A stretch of DNA of 64,000 bases from Zygnema circumcarinatum SAG 698-1b (taxonomy: Eukaryota; Plantae; Zygnematophyceae). The notes beneath the pieces were generated by a model. The model saw only the letters and a list, made by a program, of their open reading frames with translations. It ran no database searches and was not told the origin of the DNA. Every line of letters begins with the position of its first letter. Position 1 is the first letter of the stretch. The DNA is taken from positions 4,255,909 through 4,319,908 of the forward strand of contig CM074804.1 of the NCBI GenBank assembly GCA_037447605.1, read 5' to 3'. The position numbers and the translations under genes are program-made. Shown piece by piece: positions 50,331-61,602 of this stretch.

Positions 50331-53300
50331 ATGGCGGTGCCTTGGCTGATATTTCTGTATGTGGCCCTGCTGGGAGGGCTGCTCGTCACTCTCCTACTTG
50401 GTGAACATCCCAGCTTTGAGGGGACCGTTGTGCAGAAAGCTCATTATTTTATCACAGTTGGCCTGTGGGAAGCTGCTGAGTACGTACAGACTGCCTTTGG
50501 AGCTTTGTTTTTTCTGTATTAGGGTTGGGCGGGCCCATAGAAGGAGAATAGTAATTCTGTGAGTTTACAGTCTTGGAGGGACCGGTTTAGAAACTGGATG
50601 TTGTTTTTCTTTGGCAAAGGTGGTATTCATTAGTAACGATAACAAAAAACAGTTAGCTTGCAACTCTGAAGAAGAGGAGGACCCAACCGGACTTACAATT
50701 TCTTGCGCCTCTGACTGAGTATTCGCTTACTTTCTCTTTTGATGCGGATGTTGCCTTTCTGCTTCCCGTGGTAACCCATTCAGATGGGGAATTGGCCGAG
50801 TCTTTGGGTCGCGTGGCACGGGAGCCTATCGCGTCGTGGTCGACATGTGCTGTAACCGCCCGAACCCCCTTACGCAGGTCTGTCCTCCTAAAATTTTCCG
50901 GAAGGGCGCAATAATTGTCAACAGCACTGCATACTCGCACGAATTTATCTAGAGAATAGTAAAAAGGTGTATTCCAGCAAAATTTTCGGGCAAGTGAAAT
51001 ATGACACGCAATTATTGATACAAAAATTCCTCGTTTTGGACGGATTGCTGAGTACTGGTATAAAAATTCATGAAATCGTACAATTTGCTTGCTAAATGTT
51101 AGGACATTAATTGCAAGGTTTTTTTTACTACAAGTGTAACATGTATTTGAAAAACTAATTTCAAACGTGGATCAACTTCAAATTCTCGTTGCATTTGACA
51201 TGTTCACGTCAAATGGGCATGATCACCTTTTGTTTTGCGAGAGGCTGCTTTCTGGCCCGGCTCTCATAACGAACATAGAAAAGCTGATCAGACGTCACTG
51301 AATGATCCAATGACTTTCAAAATTCATATAATTCTTTTTTTTTCTGTTTTTGCTTCACAGCTTTTCTATTTGGCAATTATTGGAGGTTCTTATTACCTTT
51401 TTGGTACTCACTGCTTTGATTCGATCCCTGGACGCTTCGTATCTTCAATCCACAGGTAGCGAACTTCTTAGAAGTTATAGGTTATTCTGAAATGTATAAT
51501 GTATAGAATACTGAGCATCTTGAGCAATAAGACGAATGCTGATGATCTGTACCTTCAAAGTCATTGGAAATGCACTGTATAATTGATGTCGTACAAGTGG
51601 GTCTGCTAAGGTTAAGTTTATTCCGCCCTAAGTAAAGTCGAAGTACAAGGTAGTCGTTTGAATGGTGTGAGTTGTCTTTTATAACCATGTAAATTTCATG
51701 TTTCCTGTCGTTTGGCCCAGTGCATTACATCATCTAAAAAACCTTTCTGGTTAAATCTACTTGCAATTCGAGTAACAAATACTTGTCTGCATACTTAGGG
51801 CACTGTGTGATCCAGGCATTATACATCAGTATGAAGATTTACTTGCTTGCTGTACAGACAATTGTCTCAGGCATGTTATGTGCTCAGCCTAACTGATGTG
51901 TATCCTGGGCCCTATTGTTGTCATGCAGCTATACTGCTCCATTGGCAGTTTTGGGTGGTCTATTGACTTTTGCCCTGACCTGCTTCTCCGACCCAGGAGT
52001 TATCACTCAAGAGAATGTGCATCGATACTTGTCGGCCTACGCATGTGATGGAGTGATTTATCAGGAAACCATGTGTTCCACGTGTCAGCTTCCCAAGTGA
52101 GTTTACTACCCAAAAACTGCACTTACAAGACTGTGGTTATACTTATTATGACAAGGAGTATCCTGAGGACTAAGTCGAGGGTCCCTTGAAGGGGATGTGA
52201 AACTTGCCAGATTGACACAGTGTCACGGCCACAAAGTGAACTTTGTGGACTGAGGAAGCCATGCAAGGGTCTCTCGTCCACTGATAACGGTAGTCTGTTT
52301 TTTCTCGTAGAGCTGTACAATATTAATCACTGTGGTAGCTTGCAAGCCTGTGAACATGAAGTCCCTACCTGAAGGGCAACGGCAAGTTTTCTTTGTGAAA
52401 AGTTGGCTTCATTGAGTTGTCTAGTTGATGATTGACCTTGCCATGTTTGGCCACGAAACTAGGCGGACAGAAGGCTTGTGCAATTGACCTTGAAGTGCAG
52501 GATAGCGAAAGGCCTGTCTTAGTAGCTTTGAAGATAAGCATGATGTCTGTTTCCCCTGAGCTATGTGTTCAGAGAGTGACGTCAGCTGATGCCGTGGCCC
52601 TGAAGGGCGGGCGCAGGCCCGCGCGGTCCAAGCATTGCAGCGTTTGCAACCGTTGCGTGGCGAGGTTCGACCACCACTGTGGCTGGATGGTACCGCTCTG
52701 CACATTGCCTGTGCTTCTATGTTTTTGGCTTCTTTAGTTTTCCGCACTGTGTTTAGTTCTGATATTTTTGCTGGGGCGCCTTTTCTCCATTGGTATTTTA
52801 CAGGCAGTGTCCAGAATAAACTTGAAAATGATGTAATTTTCAAATTTCTTGACAGTGGAGGGGCAGCTGTGGGTGGTGCTTGAGGGCGAAGTAGAATAAT
52901 TGTGTCGGTGAAAAGAACGTGCGCTATTTTCTTTTGTTTCTTCTTGTGTGAGTCCCGACAACCTCAGCCTTCCCTACGACTTCCTTGAATCCTTCCGCTT
53001 TTATTTAGGGAAAAGCTTCCGTACTTTCTGCTTCTGCCTGAGCTCGTTCTGTTTGGCTGTGCAGGCACTCTCTGATCTGCATCTATGGTGGATATCTCCT
53101 TATCGCAATATTAGCGGGAGAAGTGCATGATCGCCACCTCGCCGCGGCTCTGCTTGGTATGAATTGCTGAACCGAGTGGATCCCCAAGAAATATCTCCTT
53201 TACACTCACACAATTTTGAGTTAGAATAGTGAATTGGCAGTTAACCATGCGTCGGATCCTTAGTCGACTAAGCACGTCAAAGGTGTGGTTGTACCTGAGG

Positions 53301-54653
53301 CTCTGTGAGAAAGGGTTCGGCTTTGGTGAAGGAGTCACACCAGTTGCCACTTCCCTTTCAGGCTAAGTAGCATCCAGCGTCCATTTTCTCTCCATTTCGT
53401 TGGATTCGAATGCAAACTCTCCATCGATGAATTTTTTTGTTCAGTGAAAAGCTTTGCAGAGGGCAACAAGGTGGGGACTAATGTGGATAAGAATTATTGA
53501 ATAATGATGGTCCCATCCTTCAGACAAGGATGAGTGACACAGCTTACATGCAACAGTGTTTGGTGCCTTCCGCTTTCTTAGTTTTTTACTGGGCGAGTGC
53601 TGCTTTTGTCGGGTAACAGGAAAAACACCTTTTCGGAAGGCGAAGCTAAAAGATTGGTTACCACACACTTTGCAGGTACTGCTTTCGGACAAACTTTGTG
53701 AGGCAAGTTATAGTTGTCTTATCACACTGTCTTTAATAAGCCATGGAAGTAAGCTTTGAGACTCAGTTGTCAGATATCTTGTGTTTGAAGATTCGTCCGT
53801 GGAAACGAGTTTGAGCCTCCAATTGGCAGCTAACTGGTGGCACTTTGGGTTTGACCTGGTGGCGACCACAGTGGCTGCTGGTTTTTTTCTCAGTACCGAT
53901 GATGCTCCTCCTCTTAGCTCTTGTTCTGGGTCTGCTGCTTCTTGCATTCTTTTCATACCATGTGTACCTCGTCTACATCAACACTACCACAAACGAGGTA
54001 CATTCTATTTTTCTGAAACAATCCTTTTAGAGGTTGTTCCCTCCAACTTTACTTCTCATTATCAAATGTCTTCACTTCCGAGATGTCTTTCTGTGCCTTT
54101 TCACGGGAACCCCTAGCTTGTAGAAAGCTTAGTCGTTTTCCTTTTTCTTTGTTCCTTTTTCCATGTAGAGTATTGGTAGTTATGCCCTTTTTAAAAAGCA
54201 ATTTCTCACTCTACTGAAATGCAGACGTTTAAGTGGATGGATTACCAAGTGTGGAAAGCACACCAAGTTATGGAGGCTGAGGAGGCGATCGCAAAGGAGA
54301 AAGAGAGAGTGGCGCTTTTGGCCTCCGATGGAGTTGGGGAGACTTCACAGGCAGGGGAATTGAGAGGGGCAGATTTGCAAAATGGGGGGTGGGATTTACA
54401 TTCAGGAAGTGGTGCCTCTAGCAATAGCCGAGAAGGTTCGGGCCGTAAGAAAAATGTTCAATCGTACAATGTCTGCTGCTGGCCCTTCAGGCGGCAGAGA
54501 AGTGTTTACTGGGTGGACCCGAGCAGCATAAAACTTAACAACATATACAATAGAGGATTTTTGGAGAATCTATCCGAAGTGATTTGGCCACTGTCCTCTA
54601 GACGATTTGATGAGAAAGCAGAAAGGAAGCGAGGAAAAAGAAAAATTGGATAA
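50331..54653 (+). CDS. DHHC protein S-acyltransferase (plant PAT17 / SWF1-like)
   Basis: [27 protein letters not shown]|[25 protein letters not shown]|[24 protein letters not shown]|[26 protein letters not shown]|TFKW and [19 protein letters not shown]. Confidence 0.95.
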
Positions 54654-54870
54654 GCCCAAAAAATTCCAATCAATAGAAAATAGCCTGAATCTGTCTACTT
54701 TCTTTGGTGTCAACTCGCCATTTTCGTCTCTTTACACACTTTTGTACTTTCTGTCGAGCTTTTCAAACTTTACATTGAGTTGAAACTAATCTTATCAATT
54801 CTTATTAAACAAACCGATCCAAATTCAACCGAAGAAATAAAAAATGACTAGGATTCTGCTTACTCAGCTG

Positions 54871-57800
54871 TCACCTCCCCATACTCCACCCCCCTTCGTG
54901 AAAGCTTTGAAACCAACATTGCCCTTTCTTGTTAGGGGCACACGCAACAAACGACCCATTTCCGTACAGCCCTGCAACTGCCGCGAAAGTACTGATCGGC
55001 TTCTTGAAGGCCACCACGTTCCTGCTTCTGCTGAGCAGATAAAACTCCGCCATGGTCGGCAGCCCCTGGAGGGCGGTCCCCCCCGCCTTGGAGGTGTGCG
55101 CGACGGGGCCCCGCGAGTAGTACACCGCGGCCTTCGCGTGCTTCCTCAAGAGCGCCGCGAACTTGGGCCGCAGCGCGGCGTTGTCGGTCGCCAGGAACAC
55201 GCTCAGCCGCGGCCGCGGGTCCGCCGCCGACGCGAGGCCCGCGCGCACGCGCGCGAAGTACGCGCCCGCGCACTTCCAGAACGCGTCCGCCGCGAACACG
55301 CGCTCCACCGCGCGCCCGAGCGCGCCGCACTCCGCGCCGCTGCGCGCGCACGCCTCGCTCGCCGCCTTCTCGCGCTGCCTGCATGGATGGACGCATGGAT
55401 GGATGGATGGGTGGATGGGTGGATGGGTGGATGGATGGATGGATGGGTGGATGGGATGGATAAATGGATGCATGGATGGATGAATGGGTGGATGGATGGA
55501 TGGACGCATGGATGCATGGATGCATGGATGGATGGATGGATGGATGGATGGACGGATGCATGGATGGATGCCGCAGTCAGGCAGTTGGACAGACAGACAG
55601 ACCGACAGGCATACAGACAGGCCGACAGACAGGCAGCCAATGAACAATGAACCCAGCCAATTCCACGCCACGCAAGGCACACGTGTCGGCCCCCTATTGG
55701 CTCTCGCCTCTTTTTTTTTTTTTTTTTCCGCACCTTGTGAGCGTGCGGATGTGCACGGCCGCGTCGAACGTGACGCGCGTCCCCATGCCACGGGGCACGC
55801 GCAGCGGCCCCCCCTGGGCCTCGCCCTGCACGGCCTCCTCGACGGCGCGCTGGAGCGCGGGCGCGGGCCCGCCCCGGAGGAGCGCGGCGAGGGCCTTGGA
55901 GCGCGCGCACCACTCGTCGGCGCACTCGAGCGCGGCGAACACGCACGCGCGGAGGGAGGCGTTGGCCGTCCAGTAGCCGTCGTAGGAGGAGCCCTCCTGC
56001 ACCCACAGGAGGGGCCGTGGGTCGTGCAGGGCGGCTCGCACGGCGTCGTTCCCCGCAGGGGGGTACAGCTCGTCTCGCTTGTACCACGTGGTGAATTTGT
56101 GGTATGCCGATTTCTTTTTGCGAAAATAGTCGGAGTCGAGCATGTCGCCTTGGCAGTCGAAGGCCGTGCAGAGGAGGGTGAGAGTCTGGAAAGACAAGAG
56201 GGAACGAAATTGCAGGCTTCAATGTGAATTTTTAGTCAGGCATTCTTCATGCGTAAACTGACCGCGGCTGAAGCTTGCTCTTACATTTATTTTTGTTAAG
56301 CATGCCTGTACTATTTATTTGTTATTGATATTGGCGTTGATTACTACAAACAATAGCTGCACTGCGGCTTTCAGGAGCTTATCAGTTCACTGGACAAGGG
56401 TAAAAAAAGGCTGACCTGCCGATGAGGGCCGGCATGGAAGCGCACGAGACGGCGGCCGGAAAGAATGCTGAATATGAAGGCGGAGTTGTATGCGCGGAGA
56501 GAGTTTCCGAGGCCATGGCGCGGGAGGTAGACCAACGTGCGCAGACCCGGGCGAGAGAGGTCCTTCACAGAGAGGATGGGAATGCTGGAGAGGGGTGTTG
56601 AGAAGGCGATGTCTGGGACAACCCCCCTGCACTGCTCCTTATTCTGCGCAGACAAAAATACAAATAATCGTTGGTTTAGTAAGAAGTATGAATGCACACA
56701 AAGAGATTGAGGAAAGTCAACGCGACATGATCCGGCGCAACGTTTGAAAATCAGCTGATACGACAGCCAAAAGTGGGAAACATCATGTGTTGGCTGCTTG
56801 GTTACGCAACCAACGCGAACGGGCATGTCTTGGTTACATGGTTAAACAAGCTAGCCTAGGCGAATTCTAGGAGGAAGCAGAATTTAGATTTGCTTATTTC
56901 ACTCTTTTTACACTAGAGCATTGACATTAATTTTGTGACAATCAGCTGGACTAAGTGCAACCTTTTCATGTGTGTTATCCATTGGTTGAGGTTTCCTAGT
57001 CCTTTTGCCCTTCGAGCCTTTGCGAAGGCCTGAAAAGGTAAATCTAAAAGTTCATAAGGCAGAAAGAAAAGTGGAAGTTTTGCAGGGCCGGCGAGTTTTT
57101 CAAAAACTCAAAATATATAGTGGGGGGGGGGGGAGAGAGACAGAGAGAAGAGAGAGAGAGGGGGGCAGAGGGATATAAAAAAGAGAGAGAGAATCACCCG
57201 CGTACGGATACTCTCCGCCACGTGACCTCCATCCGAACGTCATGCAAATGTCATAGCACATTCTCGGAATTTGAATGGCTACCTGAACAGACCACGAAAA
57301 GTTGCCGGCCTGCGGCCTCCCTCCCTCGGCTCCAAACAATCGCTTGAGCCGCCATTCCTCTGCCTTGGCTTCAGCCTCTGCCTCAGCCCCCGGCTTCTCC
57401 TCTCCTTCTCTCTCTTTCATTCGTCTTCTAAGATTACGCGACGGGTGAGAACTCAAAACGGGAGAGCTGTGGGACGAGAGAGGGGCAGCGGCAGACAAAG
57501 TAAGAGATATGGAGGGAGAGGGAGAGGGAGCGGAAGCTCTGGGATCAACGTCGTGCTCTCTCGGCCACCCCCTCCCTCCTCCGTGTTCGCTCCCTGTGCT
57601 AGAGCCCCACTCTGACTCCGCCTCGTCTGTACGGACTAGATCCACGTTTTGAAGCTCAGCATTCAATTTTAGAGCCTCGGAAGGTTCCAGCTGACGCATT
57701 CTCCTTCTTCTCTGCTGCTCCTGCCAGAGGGGTTCAGGCTCCGAGGGGAACAGCCTTTCTACAGAAGGGTTCTGTTTGACCCAATTCTTGAATTTGGAAT

Positions 57801-58287
57801 TTGCGGCATGCAGCGCCTCCCTCAGCACCTTGGACACCGGCTCCTCCTCCCAGCGAGGCCGACGGCGTTTTTTCTTTTCACTGACAGACTTCTGCGTAAA
57901 AAAACTGAACTTGAAAGAAAATCTCTCGGAAAACGTTCCACAGAGGGAATGCAACTGTGTGGCGCTTTGCGCGGAGTTGCAAGCGCCGCTTATTATGTCG
58001 AGCGTGGTGCAGGGGGGAGAGAAAGCATGAGAGAGCGAAGAAGAGGGGCTATGGCAGGCGGAGATGGAGAACACGCCTATCACGGCGAGAAGGACGGCTG
58101 CAGGAACGAGCCACGTGGAGCAACGCCGTGCCAGGTTGCTGCGCCCCCTTCGTCTCCGTGTCCTGCAGCTTCTTACATCGGCAGCCATGGCTTCCCCTTG
58201 CTTTGCGCGACCATAGCTGGAGGAAGACTCGCTGCTGGAGTGCTGGGCGTCCTGCTGCGGAGGAAGGAGAGGGGAGGCTTCGGCCAT
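54871..58287 (-). CDS. Type II membrane fucosyltransferase-superfamily glycosyltransferase (GT37/GT23 NodZ-FUT8-like motifs)
   Basis: Exons 58287-57283, 56643-56416, 56185-55734 and 55378-54871, with consistent phases. N-terminal TM ([19 protein letters not shown]) and long stem, followed by [15 protein letters not shown] (motif I), VFLATDN (motif II) and [19 protein letters not shown] (motif III). Confidence 0.85.
55381..55635. repeat. Compound (GGAT/GCAT/GGGT)n plus (GACA)n microsatellite filling the last fucosyltransferase intron
   Basis: Directly visible within intron 55379-55733. Confidence 0.95.
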
Positions 58288-58705
58288 GGCTGCGGGGAGA
58301 AAAATCCTTCATAAAAAGTTTATTTTCCTAAAGGAAGGAACAACGGCTTGGAAAATATCATATCACGAGCTGTTCCCTTTACGGCCTCGCGCGGAGGGAG
58401 GGAGGGAGGGAGGGAGGGAGGGAGGGAGGGGAGCGGGTCCTCGAGGGCGGGGAGGGACGTGGCCGCCACGTGGCGCTTCTGGGTGCGCCGGCGGACGTTT
58501 CCGTCTGCCCGAAGGTGCGTCCTGAACTTTTTTCGAGCTCGGGCAGCCCGTTGGGGGGCGGTCCCTGCCCGGAAGGACCGCAAATGTATTTTGTCGGCGT
58601 CGGGGCAGCGCGCGGGCCCGCCTGGCGGGGGGACCTGGCAGTTACGGCACGCGCGTTTGTCGCGATGAGACGGCCGTACACCCTGGCAGCGCCAGATCGG
58701 GCATG

Positions 58706-59285
58706 CCGTAAAACCGAACAGGTTGAGAAAAGGACAAATTCAATATTTTTAGCTTCTCAAAACGAAAAATACTTTCAAAACCAGTTTCTCAAAAAAAACC
58801 TTATATTTGTGAGCAGAATTCATTTTGAGAAATGAAAAATGAATTTTTATTTTTTTCTCAATACAATATTTTTGGAGTACCAATTGAGCATTGAACAATT
58901 AATTATCGTTCGTGCTCAATTTGCGTTTTCCTTGGGTCCACTATTCAACAATGAGATTTTAGCGGATCGCCAAGTGCATAGACCCGGTTGTCCGTACAGA
59001 AATTGCTGATCGGCTCGCGGGAAGAGTCGTACGAAAAAAAATGAGGTCCGGGTCAACCGGATCCCTCGAATCGCACGGAATCGACGTGGCAAAAAATGGA
59101 ATCCACACGCGCGACCGAACGTGTTGAGTCAATTAAACTTTTTTCCTTAAAACTTTTCGCCATCTTAAATCGAAAAAGTTACAACCTCGAGTGTTCGAAG
59201 TCCAACCCTATTCAAAATAATATTGAGAATTGAGAAATGTAGTAAAAACTCGCTTCTCATTTTCTCAACCTGTTCGGTTTTACGG
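58706..59285. mobile_element. MITE (580 bp) with perfect 26-bp terminal inverted repeats, Tc1/mariner-pogo-like ends
   Basis: CCGTAAAACCGAACAGGTTGAGAAAA (58706-58731) has its exact reverse complement at 59260-59285. The AT-rich non-coding interior interrupts a GC-rich island. Right flank is TA and left flank is TG (imperfect TA target-site duplication). Confidence 0.85.
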
Positions 59286-59630
59286 TAGTCCGGCAGATGT
59301 GCTGACGTGGCGGCCGTACGTGCGCAGGTGCGCGCAGCAGGGCGGGCGGGCGAAGCCGTTGGCCCGCGGCGAAGTGGCGCTGGCGGGCGGCGGTCGCGGC
59401 CGGCGGGGGAGGGCGCGGCAGGGCTTCAGAAGACCCGCGGGGGGGGCGGGGGTGGGGGAAGGGGGGCTCGGCCGGAGTTGTTTCGAAAAAGCAGTACTAT
59501 TCGCTCCGCTGTTGTGAAGTACAACGCGGGAAACACGCACTGAATCTAATTTTGAAGTGCACTTTTCCGTTTTCCTCATTTTCCCTGTGTAAGTTTCGAC
59601 ACTCGAACACGTCCTAGAATGGAAGTCACT

Positions 59631-60083
59631 GCACATGTCGGACCGTCGGATCGGCAACCATTGGTCAACCATTAGTTGCCAATGGTGGGTCGTCCAATGG
59701 TTTCCAATTATTGGTATGTTGGTTGGCAACCATTGGAAATCAATGGTGGAGATCATAGGCCATGATTGATTGGGTCCGACGTCAAAGTGTTTGCAACCGT
59801 TGGAATGTTCCGCAACCATTGAATCCAAAGCCAACCATTGGTAATGGTCGGGTGAGTCCTATGCCAATGGATCGGAACCATTGGAATGTTTCGCAACCAC
59901 CGAATTCAATGTTTCCAACCATTAGTAATGGTCGGCAACTACTGAATCCAATGGTGGGCTTGGTCGTCAACTTCTGGCTGGCAAGCATTGGATGCAGTTT
60001 GCTCGACCATTTCAATGGTTGTAGGGTCGTGAACCATTGCTTTGCAACCATTCCAATGGTTGATCCAATGGCCCGACCTGCGC
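59631..60083. repeat. Dispersed array of (A)ACCATTGG / CCAATGG(T) motifs in both orientations
   Basis: Roughly 20 exact or near-exact copies in ~450 bp with irregular spacing. Weak imperfect inverted ends (GCACATGTCGGACC / GGCCCGACCTGCGC). Confidence 0.8.
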
Positions 60084-61109
60084 ATTATGTGTTACTGGAA
60101 TGAAGCGAGGCATGTGCAACATGGCATCGTCGCAAAGATGAATGCGTTAACAAAAAAACACACAGGAAACGAACATTATGACTTTAAAGGCGTCATTCAA
60201 GTTAAATACAAGCACATATACTACACTCAGCCACACGCATCGTGTCGATCCACAGGCTTCTAAATTTCGTGTCAATTTAGCTGCGATTCAAGTTTCAGAT
60301 GGAAATTTGATGAAGTCCTACTCCACTCGCAAAAAGGCGGTGGAAAAATGCAGTTTAGGGTTGGAACCGGGCGTTATGTACCGCTGAACCTGGGCTGAAC
60401 CTGGCGCAATGTTCCATACTTGTTACGTGGAAATCTGCTCTTTCAACTTCGGCGATTTCCAAGATGGAACCTCCCAATCCGTTCTACCATACTAGCTCAA
60501 AAAAAAACAGATTTGAATAGAATATAATTCACAATGAAGATAGCTGCTTGTGGGCAACAATTAAAGTCGGCTGTAGGTGAGCATATCAAAATAAAATTCA
60601 ATAAGAGAAATGAAGCGACACGTTTAAAAAGACAAGTGAAAGCGGCAGATAGAAAGCACGTAAGGTCAAGTGATGAAAAGTGAAACGATAGTGAATTGTG
60701 GAAATTATGGAAGAAAGCGAGAGGAGGAAGGCAGAGTAGTGAGCGGACTAGTGAAAGGCGAGGTGCGGCCGAAAAAAGCGGCGAATACAGGGGAGGACTG
60801 CCGTGGAGTGGGGAGGGAGAGGAATTAGAGGGAACGTAAGGGAGGGCAACAGGTAGACGAGCGAGGGAGACTATAAGAAAGGCAGGCATGAGGACTCTGC
60901 AGACAGTGGATAGAGACAACGAGAAAAATGAAGAGACAAAAGAAGAGAGCCGAACAAAGATGCAAAGGACAATAGTGAGGGAGGAAGGGCGAAATGGAGA
61001 GAAGAAAGAAAAAAGAAGATGGGAGCGAGGGAGGGAGAAAGAGAGGGATAGCAAGCGTGAGAGAGGGGGGACGGGGGAGAGAGGGCGGAATGGGGGGCGA
61101 GGAGAGAAA

Positions 61110-61602
61110 ATCAGTCTTGAATATTTTTCTCAATACGAGTCCTACACAAAAATCAGTTTAAAAACATATGAAGTACCGGTCTGTTCAATTTGAGTTTCCT
61201 TTCACATCCACAGATCAACAATGAGATTTTGGCAAATCACAAAGCGCGTCCACGCGAGTCGATTTTTTGGAAATCTGGTAATTTACCGTACCGTACCGTA
61301 CCGTACCATGTCGCTGATCTGCTCAAGTTAGTCATACGGCAAGAATCGGGCCGAAGTTCACCAGATCCTTCAGATTTCCCAAATCTTGCGGCAAAAAATG
61401 CAGTCCACACGGGTGACCGGACATATTGAGACTTTGAACCGTGAGATCAATGCCACAACTTTCCCTTCTCTTTCGAATTGTTAGCTTTCCTTGTCTTTCT
61501 TTGTTACTTCTTGCAGTTGTCGAAGAACCCTATTCAATACGTTTGAGGATTGAGAAATTAAGAAAATTCATTGCTCAAGTTCTCAACCTGTTCGGTTTAC
61601 GG
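61110..61602. mobile_element. Diverged partial copy of the 58706-59285 MITE family
   Basis: Right TIR TTCTCAACCTGTTCGGTTTACGG at 61580-61602. Collinear internal matches include TTTTTCTCAATAC, CAACAATGAGATTTT, AAAAAATG..TCCACAC and AACCCTATTCAA..ATTGAGAAAT. No left TIR found. Confidence 0.7.

Noticed and set aside
54844-56227. Overlapping ORFs with WMDG/HPSI repeats
   Set aside because: Microsatellite intron plus GC-rich antisense frames of the fucosyltransferase exons.
60497-61193. Hydrophobic 185-aa minus-strand ORF and charged plus-strand ORF
   Set aside because: Low-complexity GA/CT-rich tract. The composition explains both translations.
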